Virus record (IMG/VR): IMGVR_UViG_3300045988_139511
Span: 1-55,729 of that record
Reading direction: 5' to 3' (one strand)
DNA length: 55,729 bases
From: a virus
Shown here: in pieces, positions 25,801 to 35,320 of the stretch
How positions within the stretch are numbered: the first letter of the stretch is position 1
How the letters are laid out: every line of letters begins with the position of its first letter
Notes under the pieces: generated by a model
Told to the model about the DNA's origin: nothing
What the model saw: only the letters and a program-made list of their open reading frames with translations
Databases searched by the model: none
Made by a program: the position numbers and the translations under genes

Positions 25801-26745
25801 ATGAAAAACGTAGATAAGATAATAGCTAAAATGGTAAAGGAGATACCTACTACAGACTGTATCGCTGTAGACTTATTCGGAGCTACAGATATAAAGGAAA
25901 TATTAGAAAGAACTATAAACACTTTAAATAAAGTAAATAATGACACTTTAGAATTTCCTAGCCAAAGAGATAAGAGAAAAGCCATTACAGTATTAAGTAA
26001 TTTTATAAAGAAATATGGAGTATACGGAATAGAGCTTTACGGAGAGGACTGGTTAAAAGAGTACTCAGAGGATAGCTATAATATGGTAGTTGATAATATA
26101 GTTAAAAAAGCTAAAAAGGTCGTGGCTGAGGCTCCAGCTCCTGAGGCTGTAGAAGTGGCTGAGGAGCCAGCTACAGATAAGCCTAGAGTAATAGGCTACG
26201 CTAGGGTATCAACTAGAGAGCAAAACTTAGACAGACAAATAAAAGCTCTTAAAGAGTACGGCTGTGATACTATATTAGAAGAAAAGAAAACAGGAAAAAA
26301 TATGGACAGATTACAACTACAAACTTTATTAAATACAGTTAAGGCTGGGGATACTGTAGTAGTATCAGAGCTTACAAGAATATCAAGAAGTACAGCAGAC
26401 CTGCACAACTTAGTAAATGAGCTGGACGCTAAAGGTGTTACTTTTAAGAGCTTAAAAGAGAGCTGGATAGATACTACTACAGCTCACGGTAGACTAGTAT
26501 TTACTATGTTAGCTGGTGTAGCTCAATTCGAGAGAGAGCTGATGTTAGAGAGACAGGCTGAGGGTATCGAAGTAGCTAAGGAGAGAGGCGTAAAATTTGG
26601 TAGAAAACTAGATAAGGACGCTAACTTAGCTAGAGCTGTGGAGCTTTATAAAGAGGGTAAATATCCAGCTGGTGAGATAGCTAAAATGTGTAAAATGTCA
26701 AGAGCTACATTATATAGAAGGTTAAAAGATTTAGGACTAGTTTAG
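25801..26745 (+). CDS. Small serine recombinase (resolvase/invertase family) with a ~125-aa N-terminal extension
   Basis: VIGYARVSTREQNLDRQ catalytic-Ser motif, SRSTADL, FERELMLERQ, C-terminal HTH (MSRATLYRRL). Confidence 0.8.
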   Translation: MKNVDKIIAKMVKEIPTTDCIAVDLFGATDIKEILERTINTLNKVNNDTLEFPSQRDKRKAITVLSNFIKKYGVYGIELYGEDWLKEYSEDSYNMVVDNIVKKAKKVVAEAPAPEAVEVAEEPATDKPRVIGYARVSTREQNLDRQIKALKEYGCDTILEEKKTGKNMDRLQLQTLLNTVKAGDTVVVSELTRISRSTADLHNLVNELDAKGVTFKSLKESWIDTTTAHGRLVFTMLAGVAQFERELMLERQAEGIEVAKERGVKFGRKLDKDANLARAVELYKEGKYPAGEIAKMCKMSRATLYRRLKDLGLV

Positions 26746-26759
26746 GCTAGTCTTTTTTT
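26735..26759 (+). terminator. Intrinsic terminator
   Basis: GACTAG..CTAGTC hairpin plus T7. Confidence 0.7.
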
Positions 26760-26804
26760 ATGCCTCAAAATAGGTATTTGAGACAGCAATACTTATAAGT
26801 ATCT

Positions 26805-26827
26805 GTATCTCCTGTCCTAGATAGTAG
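26805..26827 (+). promoter_or_regulatory. 23-nt late-region motif GTATCTCCTGTCCTAGATAGTAG (copy 1 of 2)
   Basis: 20/23 identical to 42189-42211; directly upstream of the terL SD. Confidence 0.4.
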
Positions 26828-26840
26828 GGAGGTTGATACT

Positions 26841-28556
26841 ATGAAAAGGAACTATATAGAGCAAGAGCTTTATAGATTACAGCAGGCTCAGGACTTACTA
26901 GCTCTAAGATTGAGGAGTAAGGACTATGTAGACGAGGAGGATAGGCTGTACTTAATAGATAAGCTAAAAATGATAGCTAGAGAGTACAGAAAACTTAGAG
27001 GCTCCGTAGACGTCCTATACTTTGCTTACGAGTATTTTAGCGACGAGAGAAACCCCGAGAATGAAAATAACTTAATGCCAGCAGGAGCTACAATGGAAAA
27101 CGCTCCAGCATTCCATTACGAGCTATGTAGTACGCTAGACAGTCTAAATGATGATATAACTAAAAAAATAGGCTGGTCAGTACCTAGAGGACACGCTAAA
27201 AGTGCCTACTTATCAAACGTATTCCCAGTACATCAGATAGTATATGATAAAAGACATTATATATTAATAATATCAGAGACTGAGGGAATGTCTCAAAAGT
27301 TTATTGAGTGGGTAGGAGACCAGCTTAAATTTAATAAGAAGTTAAGAGAGGACTTTGGAGACCTTCTTAGTCCTAATAAAATGAAGAATATAGAAGATAA
27401 TCAAGGTGGCTTTGTTACAGCTAACAGGATTAAGGTACAAAGTGCCTCAATAGGTAAACAGCTGAGAGGTGCGAGACATGGGGCCTATAGACCTGATTTA
27501 GTAATACTGGACGACTTAGAGAGTAGTAAGAATACAAATACTAGAGAGCTAAGAGAAAAGAATTTACATTGGTTTAACTCTGTAGTTATGCCGATAGGGG
27601 ACATAACACGCACGGCGTATATTTATATGGGTACGCTGGTACACGGTCAGGGGCTATTGCCAGCCGTTTTAAAGAGGTCTGATTTTAATAGTAAGATATA
27701 CTCAGCTATAGTCTCAGAGCCTGACAGGGTGGACTTATGGCAGAAATACGAGGACATACTGAGGGACCTAGATAACCCTGACAGAGCTGAGGACGCTGAC
27801 GCCTTTTATTATGAAAATAGAGAGGAAATGGATAAAGGAGCTAAAACCTTATGGAATAGCCGTTTCCCTTATAAAGACCTTATTAATATTAAGATTAATG
27901 TAGGCTCAAAAGCCTTTGCTAGTGAATACTTAAATAGACCTAGCGACGACGAGAGCTGTATATTTAAAAAGCAATACTTTACATATTACAATGAGCTAGA
28001 CCTGAGATTTGATAAGGGTAGATATTTCACTAGTGATAATACAGCCCTAGAGGTCTACAGCTTTTGGGATATAGCTATAGGTAAAAACCGTAGGTCTGAC
28101 TATAACGCCATAGTTACTATAGGAGTTAATAGGCGTACTGGAGTTATCTATATACTGGACGCATGGGCTGACAAAATACCTATGCACGAGGCTTTAAAAG
28201 TGGCTCAGCAAAAGATAGCAACTTTTAGGCCTAAACTCTTTGGAGTTGAGGCTGTTCAGGCTCAGTATGATATGTATAGACAGCTTAACGAGAAAACTAT
28301 TAAAGCTGGATTTTATGGGACTAGAGTAATGCCTGTTAATCCTAGAGGCAAAAAAGAGGATAGAATAGAGCAACTGGAGCCACTAGTGGAGCAGGGATAT
28401 ATTAGATTTCATAAGAGCCAGCGTTTGCTATTAGAAATGTTAGAGCTATTTGGTAGCCACGACCACGACGACCTACCTGACGCTCTAGCCTCAGTAGTAG
28501 ACTTATCAGGAAAACAAAGAAGAAAAACATATTATAGAAAGCCAGCAGGTATTTAA
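26841..28556 (+). CDS. terL: Terminase large subunit
   Basis: Walker A-like VPRGHAKS, Walker B LVILDDLES, C-terminal nuclease-type acidic motifs; its position precedes the portal gene. Confidence 0.8.
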   Translation: MKRNYIEQELYRLQQAQDLLALRLRSKDYVDEEDRLYLIDKLKMIAREYRKLRGSVDVLYFAYEYFSDERNPENENNLMPAGATMENAPAFHYELCSTLDSLNDDITKKIGWSVPRGHAKSAYLSNVFPVHQIVYDKRHYILIISETEGMSQKFIEWVGDQLKFNKKLREDFGDLLSPNKMKNIEDNQGGFVTANRIKVQSASIGKQLRGARHGAYRPDLVILDDLESSKNTNTRELREKNLHWFNSVVMPIGDITRTAYIYMGTLVHGQGLLPAVLKRSDFNSKIYSAIVSEPDRVDLWQKYEDILRDLDNPDRAEDADAFYYENREEMDKGAKTLWNSRFPYKDLINIKINVGSKAFASEYLNRPSDDESCIFKKQYFTYYNELDLRFDKGRYFTSDNTALEVYSFWDIAIGKNRRSDYNAIVTIGVNRRTGVIYILDAWADKIPMHEALKVAQQKIATFRPKLFGVEAVQAQYDMYRQLNEKTIKAGFYGTRVMPVNPRGKKEDRIEQLEPLVEQGYIRFHKSQRLLLEMLELFGSHDHDDLPDALASVVDLSGKQRRKTYYRKPAGI

Positions 28557-28571
28557 TCCTGTGGCTTTTTT
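28541..28571 (+). terminator. Weak intrinsic terminator or attenuator
   Basis: GCCAGCAGG/CCTGTGGC bulged stem plus T6. Confidence 0.45.
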
Positions 28572-28591
28572 ATTTTATAAGGAGGAGTTTT

Positions 28592-30100
28592 ATGAATATG
28601 AATAAAAGACATAATCTCTTTGCTACTGGTGAGGTATTCCCTCCTCAGGCTCATTATAGAAGGATAAAGAGATATAGAGTTAATAAGAAATTATTTGAGG
28701 GACATCATTGCGACGTATTTAAAAAGAATATGTCAATAGAGGGGAGAGCTAAGGAGCTGTTATATGTATCGGTTAACTTAGCAGGTACTATCTGTAAAAA
28801 GTCTGCTGACTTCCTTTTTGGTGAGGACCTAAAAGTACTAGCAGGTAATGGCTCACACACGAAGGAGCAGGAGGCACTAGATAGGTTTTATGAGGAAAAC
28901 CACTTAAATATTATGTTGTATGAGAGTGCTTTATCTAATGCCTACAAAGGAGACGCCTTTATAAAGGTTAGATATGGTCAGGAATACGCTGGAGAGTTAC
29001 CACCTGAGCTGGACGAGCCTAGAGTAATCATAGAGACTATTAACCCTGAGTTTGTATATCCTGAGGCTATGGAGTGGGATAGAAATAAAATTAAATGTTA
29101 TCACATAGCTATACCATACTACTCAGAGAGTGCTGACGAGTGGATACTAAAGGTAGAGAGCCACTATGCAGGTAAAATAATTTACTGTGATTATGATATA
29201 ACTCCATTGTATTTTAACTCTGATAATGAGGTAGAGAGATTTACTATTAATGGGGCTGTAGAGGGGACAGCCGTAGCTGTAGCTACTGGAGTAAATGTAC
29301 CTTTAATAGTACATATTCCTAATACTGGCTCAGTAGAGGGCTGGGAAGGTAAGGACGACCTTACAGAACACCATGCCTTACTAGATGAGATTAATAATAG
29401 ATTATCTCAAATATCAGATATATTAGACAAACACGCTAACCCAGCTCTAGCTGTACCAGCTGGACTATTAGCTGAGGACGAATACGGTAACGCTCAGTTT
29501 AGAGTAGCTACAGATAAGGTCTTTGAGGTAATGGGTAAAGAGGACATAGTACCTCAGTATATTACGTGGTCTAGTAATCTTAATGAGGCTTTTCAGGAGC
29601 TAGATAGATTAATAGAGCTATTACTTATGAGTGCTGAGGTACCTCCAGTAGTTTTAGGTAAGGAGACTGGTACAAGTGGTACAGGCTCAATGGCTATTAA
29701 ATGGCAAATGAATAGCTTATTAGCTAAGGTTAATAGAAAGAGACAGTATTACGCTAAGGGTATTAAGCAGGCTCTTTATATAGCTCAGAAATTAGAGGAG
29801 GCTCTAGGGATAGCCGACTATGTAGTAACAGTACCTAACTTACATTTTCAGGACGGACTACCTAAGGACGATATGGAGCAGGCTAATATTATGTCTATTA
29901 GAACTAATGGAGCTAAAACTATGTCTCAAAAGACAGCTATTATGTTATTAAATAATATGACAGAGGAGCAGGCAGAGCAGGAGATAGAGAGAATAAATGA
30001 GGAGGCTGAGGCTGAGACAGTAACAGCTACTCCTGACCTATTCAATGAGCCAGCTGGTGCTAATCCTTTTGAGACTGATAATGAGATAGGAGAGCTATAA
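28592..30100 (+). CDS. Portal protein
   Basis: 502 aa, follows TerL, acidic C-terminus. Confidence 0.75.
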   Translation: MNMNKRHNLFATGEVFPPQAHYRRIKRYRVNKKLFEGHHCDVFKKNMSIEGRAKELLYVSVNLAGTICKKSADFLFGEDLKVLAGNGSHTKEQEALDRFYEENHLNIMLYESALSNAYKGDAFIKVRYGQEYAGELPPELDEPRVIIETINPEFVYPEAMEWDRNKIKCYHIAIPYYSESADEWILKVESHYAGKIIYCDYDITPLYFNSDNEVERFTINGAVEGTAVAVATGVNVPLIVHIPNTGSVEGWEGKDDLTEHHALLDEINNRLSQISDILDKHANPALAVPAGLLAEDEYGNAQFRVATDKVFEVMGKEDIVPQYITWSSNLNEAFQELDRLIELLLMSAEVPPVVLGKETGTSGTGSMAIKWQMNSLLAKVNRKRQYYAKGIKQALYIAQKLEEALGIADYVVTVPNLHFQDGLPKDDMEQANIMSIRTNGAKTMSQKTAIMLLNNMTEEQAEQEIERINEEAEAETVTATPDLFNEPAGANPFETDNEIGEL

Positions 30101-30120
30101 AGCTCTCTTTTCTTTTTATT
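30090..30120 (+). terminator. Intrinsic terminator
   Basis: GAGAGCT/AGCTCTC hairpin plus a T-rich tail. Confidence 0.65.
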
Positions 30121-30125
30121 GTAGT

Positions 30126-30143
30126 TTGAATATTAATAATCAA
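30126..30143. promoter_or_regulatory. 18-bp AT palindrome (copy 6, TTGAATATTAATAATCAA)
   Basis: Abuts the SD of the next gene. Confidence 0.5.
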
Positions 30144-30156
30144 AAGGAGGGCAAAT

Positions 30157-31122
30157 ATGACACAGGACAGATACGAGGAGATATTAAGCAGGGTATTAAA
30201 AGCATATGGCAAGAAAAGACCTGAGATAGCTCCGAGAGTTGTGGATAAAAATATAGATAGAATTATAAAGACCTACGCTGAGGCTTATAAAGAAGTTTAC
30301 TCCTTTTTGGTTGACGCTGTAGCTGATATAGGAACTAGTACAAATGTTACAGCTCAGGCTAGTATATTAGTCCAGCTGGAGGAAAAATTAAGCCAGCTTA
30401 ATAATAAAGTAGCTGAGGAGCTTAACAACTCATTAGCTGAGGCTTATATAGAGGGGCAAGCTATGCACGCTGTAGCTACTGAGACAGTTAAAACTATTGA
30501 GGAGCTTATGGTAGCTGTACCATACTCTCTATTAAATCACGATAAAATAGCTCAGGCTAGTATGGATACTTTTGAGGACTTACTTTTTGTTACTCAGCAC
30601 ACTTCAAAAGAGAGTAAAAAAGTTATTAGAGAGATAGTAGCGAAACATATCCAGCTAGGAGTAGCAACTAATCAGGGACACAGGGAAATAATGAACAGAA
30701 TTAAAAAGGAGCTTAGTAGAGAAAACCTAAAGAGGCTTATATCAGATAAGGCTCTAGTAGGGATAATAGACGCTAAGGGGAGACGCTGGAAATTAAAGAC
30801 CTATATAGAGCTGATAGTAAAGACTAAGCTACAGCACTTACACATAGAAGGACTAAAAGACCACGCTTTAGAGGACGGCTATGACCTAGCTAGAATACCG
30901 AGCAAGGGAGCTACTGACGCCTGTAGTAATTTTGAGGGTATGGTAATTAGTTTAAATGGTATGGAAAAAGAATTTCCTAGCTATGAGAGCCTTAAAGCTA
31001 CAGGGCTAATATTTCACCCTAATTGCAGACATACACCAGTACCAATAGCTGAGTTTGACTTATTGCACGAGGACGATAAAAAGCTACATAAGAAATTATT
31101 AAGTAATTTAAAAAATATTTAA
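30157..31122 (+). CDS. Minor head / head morphogenesis protein (SPP1 gp7 / Mu F-like)
   Basis: C-terminal HPNCRHT motif; position after the portal gene. Confidence 0.7.
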   Translation: MTQDRYEEILSRVLKAYGKKRPEIAPRVVDKNIDRIIKTYAEAYKEVYSFLVDAVADIGTSTNVTAQASILVQLEEKLSQLNNKVAEELNNSLAEAYIEGQAMHAVATETVKTIEELMVAVPYSLLNHDKIAQASMDTFEDLLFVTQHTSKESKKVIREIVAKHIQLGVATNQGHREIMNRIKKELSRENLKRLISDKALVGIIDAKGRRWKLKTYIELIVKTKLQHLHIEGLKDHALEDGYDLARIPSKGATDACSNFEGMVISLNGMEKEFPSYESLKATGLIFHPNCRHTPVPIAEFDLLHEDDKKLHKKLLSNLKNI

Positions 31123-31283
31123 TAATACTACTTATTAAAATTGCTTTGTCGTGCCTTTGTATATAGATAGGGTAGGGAACACAAAGACGGCTAGTTAATT
31201 AGCTGTCTCCCTCCCTTTAAATACTGGAGCTGTACCCTTTCACGGTATGGCTCTAAATTTTAAAAAGGGGAGGAAGTAATAAT

Positions 31284-31832
31284 ATGAGTAATCCAGTTAA
31301 AGTAGACGAGCCTGTAAAGGAGCCTATTAAAGAGCCTACACAGGAACCGACTAAGGAGCCTAAGGAGCCGTCTGAGCCAGTAAGGGAAAACAAGGAACCT
31401 AAAGAGCCTAAGGAGCCAGCTACTGACTACTCTAAAGAGGTAGAAAATTTAAGAGCTGAAATAGTTACATTAACAGAGAAGGCTGGAAAGGTTGAGACAG
31501 TCTCAAAAGAAAACGAGACATTAAAGAAAGATATTGAGACAAAGGATACTAGGTTAAAAGAGTACGAGGAGCTTATTACTAAATTAGTAGAGACTAAACT
31601 AGGTCAAGTACCTGAGGAATATAAGGAGCTTATACCTGATAACTTAGATTTAACTCAAAAATTAAACTGGTTAGATAAGGCTGAGGCTAAGGGCTTATTT
31701 AATAAGGTAGAGAAGAAAAAGCCTAACGTAGAGATAGGAAAGCCTATGAATATAGAGCCTGAGAATGTTGATACAACTAAGCTAACAGGTAGTCAATTAC
31801 TTAAACTTGCATACAACACTATAAAAAAATAA
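31284..31832 (+). CDS. Scaffolding protein with an N-terminal KEP repeat tract
   Basis: KEPIKEPTQEPTKEPKEPSEP...KEPKEPKEP followed by coiled coil; position before the capsid gene. Confidence 0.6.
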   Translation: MSNPVKVDEPVKEPIKEPTQEPTKEPKEPSEPVRENKEPKEPKEPATDYSKEVENLRAEIVTLTEKAGKVETVSKENETLKKDIETKDTRLKEYEELITKLVETKLGQVPEEYKELIPDNLDLTQKLNWLDKAEAKGLFNKVEKKKPNVEIGKPMNIEPENVDTTKLTGSQLLKLAYNTIKK

Positions 31833-31845
31833 CAAATGACTTGAG

Positions 31846-31881
31846 CTGTAGTTAAAAGATATATAACTATAGTTTTTTTTT
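31846..31881 (+). terminator. Strong intrinsic terminator between the scaffold and capsid genes
   Basis: 9-bp stem CTGTAGTTA/TAACTATAG plus T9. Confidence 0.7.
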
Positions 31882-31912
31882 ATTTTACTAAAGAGAATTG
31901 AGGGGGAGAATT

Positions 31913-32782
31913 ATGGCAGTATTATTAGAACAAGCCAAGTTATTAACTCAGGACGTTTTACAAAGAGGAGTTATTATGACAATGGTACAAACGTCAGGAG
32001 TAATGGAGAAATTACCATTTATTGAAGTAGTAGGCTCAGGATATGCTTACGACATCATGGAGGAGTTACCTAATGTAGAGTACAGAGCTGTTAATGGTCA
32101 ATATACAGAGGGAGTATCAGACATTAAGCAAACTGTAGAGAGATTAGTAATTTTAGGGGGAGACGTTGACGTAGACATATTCTTAGCTAAAACTCACTCT
32201 AATATCAATGACATAAGAAGTTTACACACAGAGGCAAAAGCTAAGGCTGTAGCTAGAAAGTTTGAAAAAGACTTCTTTGAAGGAACTGGAGAAAGCAACT
32301 CTATTAAAGGATTAGATAAGAGATTAGCTGAGCATATAGCTGGTACAGAAATTAAGTCAACTGGTATTACATTAGACGGATTAAATGAATTATTAGACGC
32401 TGTAGTAGACGGTGCTGATTGTTTATTTATGTCTAAGAAAATGAGAAGAGAGTTAATGGGCTTACTTCAAACTTCTAACCACTATATAGAGAATGGTACA
32501 GACGCCTTTGGTAGACCTGTAGCTCTTTACGGTGGAGTAGAAATTAGACCAGTAGACGACAGCTTAATACCTGATAAAAAGATATACGCTGTTAAGTTTG
32601 GTACTGATATGTACGTACACGGATTATCTAACGGAGGTATCCAAGTTAAAGACTTAGGAGAGTTAGATACTAAACCCTGTTACAGAACTCGTATAGAGGC
32701 GTATCTAGGGCTGGCTACTAAGCACAAAAAATGCTTTGCTGTTTTAAATACAGCTGGTGAAATGGCTAGAGCTAAGAAGTAG
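31913..32782 (+). CDS. Major capsid protein
   Basis: GGGGGAG SD then ATG 31913; size and position. Confidence 0.7.
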   Translation: MAVLLEQAKLLTQDVLQRGVIMTMVQTSGVMEKLPFIEVVGSGYAYDIMEELPNVEYRAVNGQYTEGVSDIKQTVERLVILGGDVDVDIFLAKTHSNINDIRSLHTEAKAKAVARKFEKDFFEGTGESNSIKGLDKRLAEHIAGTEIKSTGITLDGLNELLDAVVDGADCLFMSKKMRRELMGLLQTSNHYIENGTDAFGRPVALYGGVEIRPVDDSLIPDKKIYAVKFGTDMYVHGLSNGGIQVKDLGELDTKPCYRTRIEAYLGLATKHKKCFAVLNTAGEMARAKK

Positions 32783-32857
32783 TAAAGTTAAACAGGAGGG
32801 GCTACATAGTCTCTCCATTTTTTCTTTGTATACGGATTACAGTAAACAGCAAGGTAG

Positions 32858-33295
32858 GTGTATAAAGTGGATAAAACAACAGAAATTAGTAATTATATTG
32901 ATGAAAATATTTATCATAGTAAAGTATGGGATACAGCAGATAGTAAAGCGAGAGTAAAAGCTGTTAATAACTCTGAGCGTATCTTAAAGAGAGTACTTAG
33001 AAAGTATTTAGCTGACGAGGTACCGATAGAGTATATAGCAGAGCAAGCTGTATATTTAATGAGAATTGATGATACATTTTTAAGAGCTGAGCTAGGAGCC
33101 ACTAGTATCACGCTGGACGGTATCAGCGTCTCGATTAAAGATAAAGATAGGACAATAGCTCCAGCTGTTTTAGATAGCTTAGGGATTACACCTGACGCTA
33201 TTACAGGGGGCATATCTAGGAGAAAAGTGGGTAGCTATTCTACTTCTATCAGAGACAGCTACAGAGGCTACTCTTTTAGGAGGAGGCTGAGATAA
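32858..33295 (+). CDS. Head-tail connector (gp6-like) protein
   Basis: GTG start (alternative GTG at 32867); call rests on position. Confidence 0.45.
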   Translation: MYKVDKTTEISNYIDENIYHSKVWDTADSKARVKAVNNSERILKRVLRKYLADEVPIEYIAEQAVYLMRIDDTFLRAELGATSITLDGISVSIKDKDRTIAPAVLDSLGITPDAITGGISRRKVGSYSTSIRDSYRGYSFRRRLR

Positions 33296-33606
33296 TGCTA
33301 GGATATTTACCATATAACCTACAGGTAAAGCTAATAATTAAGTCTAATGAGCTGGATAAATGGGGTAAGCCGATAGTATCTGAGAGCGAGGAGCTACATA
33401 GGTGCTATATTAGAGAGGTAACTACTTTAGAGGAAAGTTATAACTCGAAAGAGCTTAAATATACTATGGTCTTTGGTATAGAAGGTAACTCCAAAATAAC
33501 AGCAGGGGATACTGTAGAGAGTAATAATGTAAGGTATGAAGTAATAAAGACTAGGAAAATTAGGGACCTATCAGGTGAGGTCATAACTACGCTGGTGTAT
33601 GTGTAA
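33295..33606 (+). CDS. Head closure / head-tail adaptor protein
   Basis: ATG overlaps the upstream stop; call rests on position. Confidence 0.45.
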   Translation: MLGYLPYNLQVKLIIKSNELDKWGKPIVSESEELHRCYIREVTTLEESYNSKELKYTMVFGIEGNSKITAGDTVESNNVRYEVIKTRKIRDLSGEVITTLVYV

Positions 33607-34043
33607 TGAGTGGTAGCTGTGAGATATTTATTTCTCGTAGGTTAAAGAAAATGGGAACTAATACCCACGAGGTAGTAAAAAAGAGAATGACTAATATTAC
33701 TAAAGACTTACATAGAGTAGCCACAGACTTAACTCCTTATAAGGACGGAGGACTAGAACAGTCAGGGAGCTACAGGAACAGAGCCAATAAAAACAGCTTT
33801 GTTAGTACAGTTACTTTTGGAGCTAAAGGTAAGACTTACTTATATGCTGAGAAAATGCACGACGGTAATTATAACTTAGGAGAAGGCTCACGAGCTAAGA
33901 ACAGCTCAGGAGTTAAAACCATTTACTCAGATAAGACCTTTAAGGTAGGTAAGGGATACCTTAAAGAAACAGCAAAGGCCTGTCAGGAGGGCTATAAAAA
34001 GTATTTAGAAAAAGACGTAATATATGACTTAGATAGGGGGTAG
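33606..34043 (+). CDS. HK97 gp10-like tail-head joining protein
   Basis: Size, position and the LTPYKDGGLEQS...YAEKMHDG pattern. Confidence 0.5.
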   Translation: MSGSCEIFISRRLKKMGTNTHEVVKKRMTNITKDLHRVATDLTPYKDGGLEQSGSYRNRANKNSFVSTVTFGAKGKTYLYAEKMHDGNYNLGEGSRAKNSSGVKTIYSDKTFKVGKGYLKETAKACQEGYKKYLEKDVIYDLDRG

Positions 34044-34046
34044 CTT

Positions 34047-34412
34047 ATGAGGATATTGGAAATAACAGAGTATATAGAAAATAAATCAGGTCTCACTATC
34101 TATCCTATACAATTTCCTACAGAGCTAGAGCAAGCTATAAAGGTAATGATAATAGCTAGCTCAGACGAGGGAGCAGGGGTTAAGGATATTACTATAGAAG
34201 TAATGACTAAAGCACTCCACCCAGCAGACGCTGAGGGATTAGCTTATAAAGTTATTGAGGCTATAGGAGCTATAACTGACGAGGACTTTTTAGATTATCA
34301 AATAATACTTTGTAGGTCCATGAATGAGCCTGATTATGAGGGAGAGACAAAAGCAGGAGCTTATGTATTCTCTTGTGATTTTCAGCTACTTGTTAGTAAG
34401 GTAGGTATGTAA
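34047..34412 (+). CDS. Tail completion protein
   Basis: Position. Confidence 0.4.
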   Translation: MRILEITEYIENKSGLTIYPIQFPTELEQAIKVMIIASSDEGAGVKDITIEVMTKALHPADAEGLAYKVIEAIGAITDEDFLDYQIILCRSMNEPDYEGETKAGAYVFSCDFQLLVSKVGM

Positions 34413-34415
34413 TTA

Positions 34416-34835
34416 ATGACAATTCAAAAAAGGAAAATGGCAGGGCTGGACGTAGCCGTAGCCATTAATGGAATGGTTATAGGTGGTCAGGTGGACGCTG
34501 ACTTAACGAGAGAGGCTCTAGTAATAGATACAACTAGTAAAGATACTGGGGACTATAGTACAGCTATGACACGTATTAAAAAATGGTCTGTAGAATGTGC
34601 TGGCTTTACTCTTATTAATGACGAGAGTTATGGGCTATTATTAGACGCTTTTGAGGCAGGGACTAAATTAGATTTAGAAATAAATCATAAATCATATAAA
34701 CATTTTTACTATAGAGGACAGGTTATAGTTACAGAATTTCCTGAGAGCTATCAAGCTAAGGACGCTGTAAAGTATACTCTGTCTCTTTTAGGTGTCTCAA
34801 AATTAGAGAGACATAGAAAAACAGAGGAAGAATAG
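34416..34835 (+). CDS. Major tail protein paralogue 1
   Basis: 139 aa, TP901-1-type size; shares DTT(S/C)KD...W(S)(V/I)...G motifs with the next ORF. Confidence 0.55.
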   Translation: MTIQKRKMAGLDVAVAINGMVIGGQVDADLTREALVIDTTSKDTGDYSTAMTRIKKWSVECAGFTLINDESYGLLLDAFEAGTKLDLEINHKSYKHFYYRGQVIVTEFPESYQAKDAVKYTLSLLGVSKLERHRKTEEE

Positions 34836-34850
34836 AGGAGGACTTAAATA

Positions 34851-35273
34851 ATGTCAGTTACAGCAGGTATGGACATACTATTAAAAGTTAATGTAGCAGA
34901 GACAGGCTCACCAGCTCAGTACGTGGCTATAGCAGGTCAAAGAGGGGCTACACTTAATAGAAGTAGAGACACTATAGATACTACTTGTAAAGATAGTGCT
35001 GGTGGTTGGAAAACTTCTATAGCAGGTATGGGAGAGTGGTCTATAGATACAGACGGTATCTTAATTGACGGAGACGAAAACTTTGCTAAATTAGAAAAAG
35101 CATTTATAAACAGAGAAATATTAAAGGTACAAATGGTTAACTCAAAAACTGGAGCAGGATATGAGGGAGACGTAGTTATTACAGATTTCCCACTAGAGGC
35201 TCCATATGACGACGCTATGACATACTCTTTATCATTGGCAGGAGCTGGAGAGCTTAAAGCTGTACCAGCTTAG
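34851..35273 (+). CDS. Major tail protein paralogue 2
   Basis: 140 aa; DTIDTTCKDSAGGWKTSIAGMGEWSI..., ends LSLAGAGEL. Confidence 0.6.
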   Translation: MSVTAGMDILLKVNVAETGSPAQYVAIAGQRGATLNRSRDTIDTTCKDSAGGWKTSIAGMGEWSIDTDGILIDGDENFAKLEKAFINREILKVQMVNSKTGAGYEGDVVITDFPLEAPYDDAMTYSLSLAGAGELKAVPA

Positions 35274-35320
35274 GCTGAGTTATCAAGAAAGAAATAGCAA
35301 AAAACTGAATAACACATATA

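Noticed and set aside
32757-32957. 66-aa ORF bridging the capsid gene end and the connector gene start
   Set aside because: It overlaps two better-supported genes and a terminator. It has no SD and its composition is implausible.
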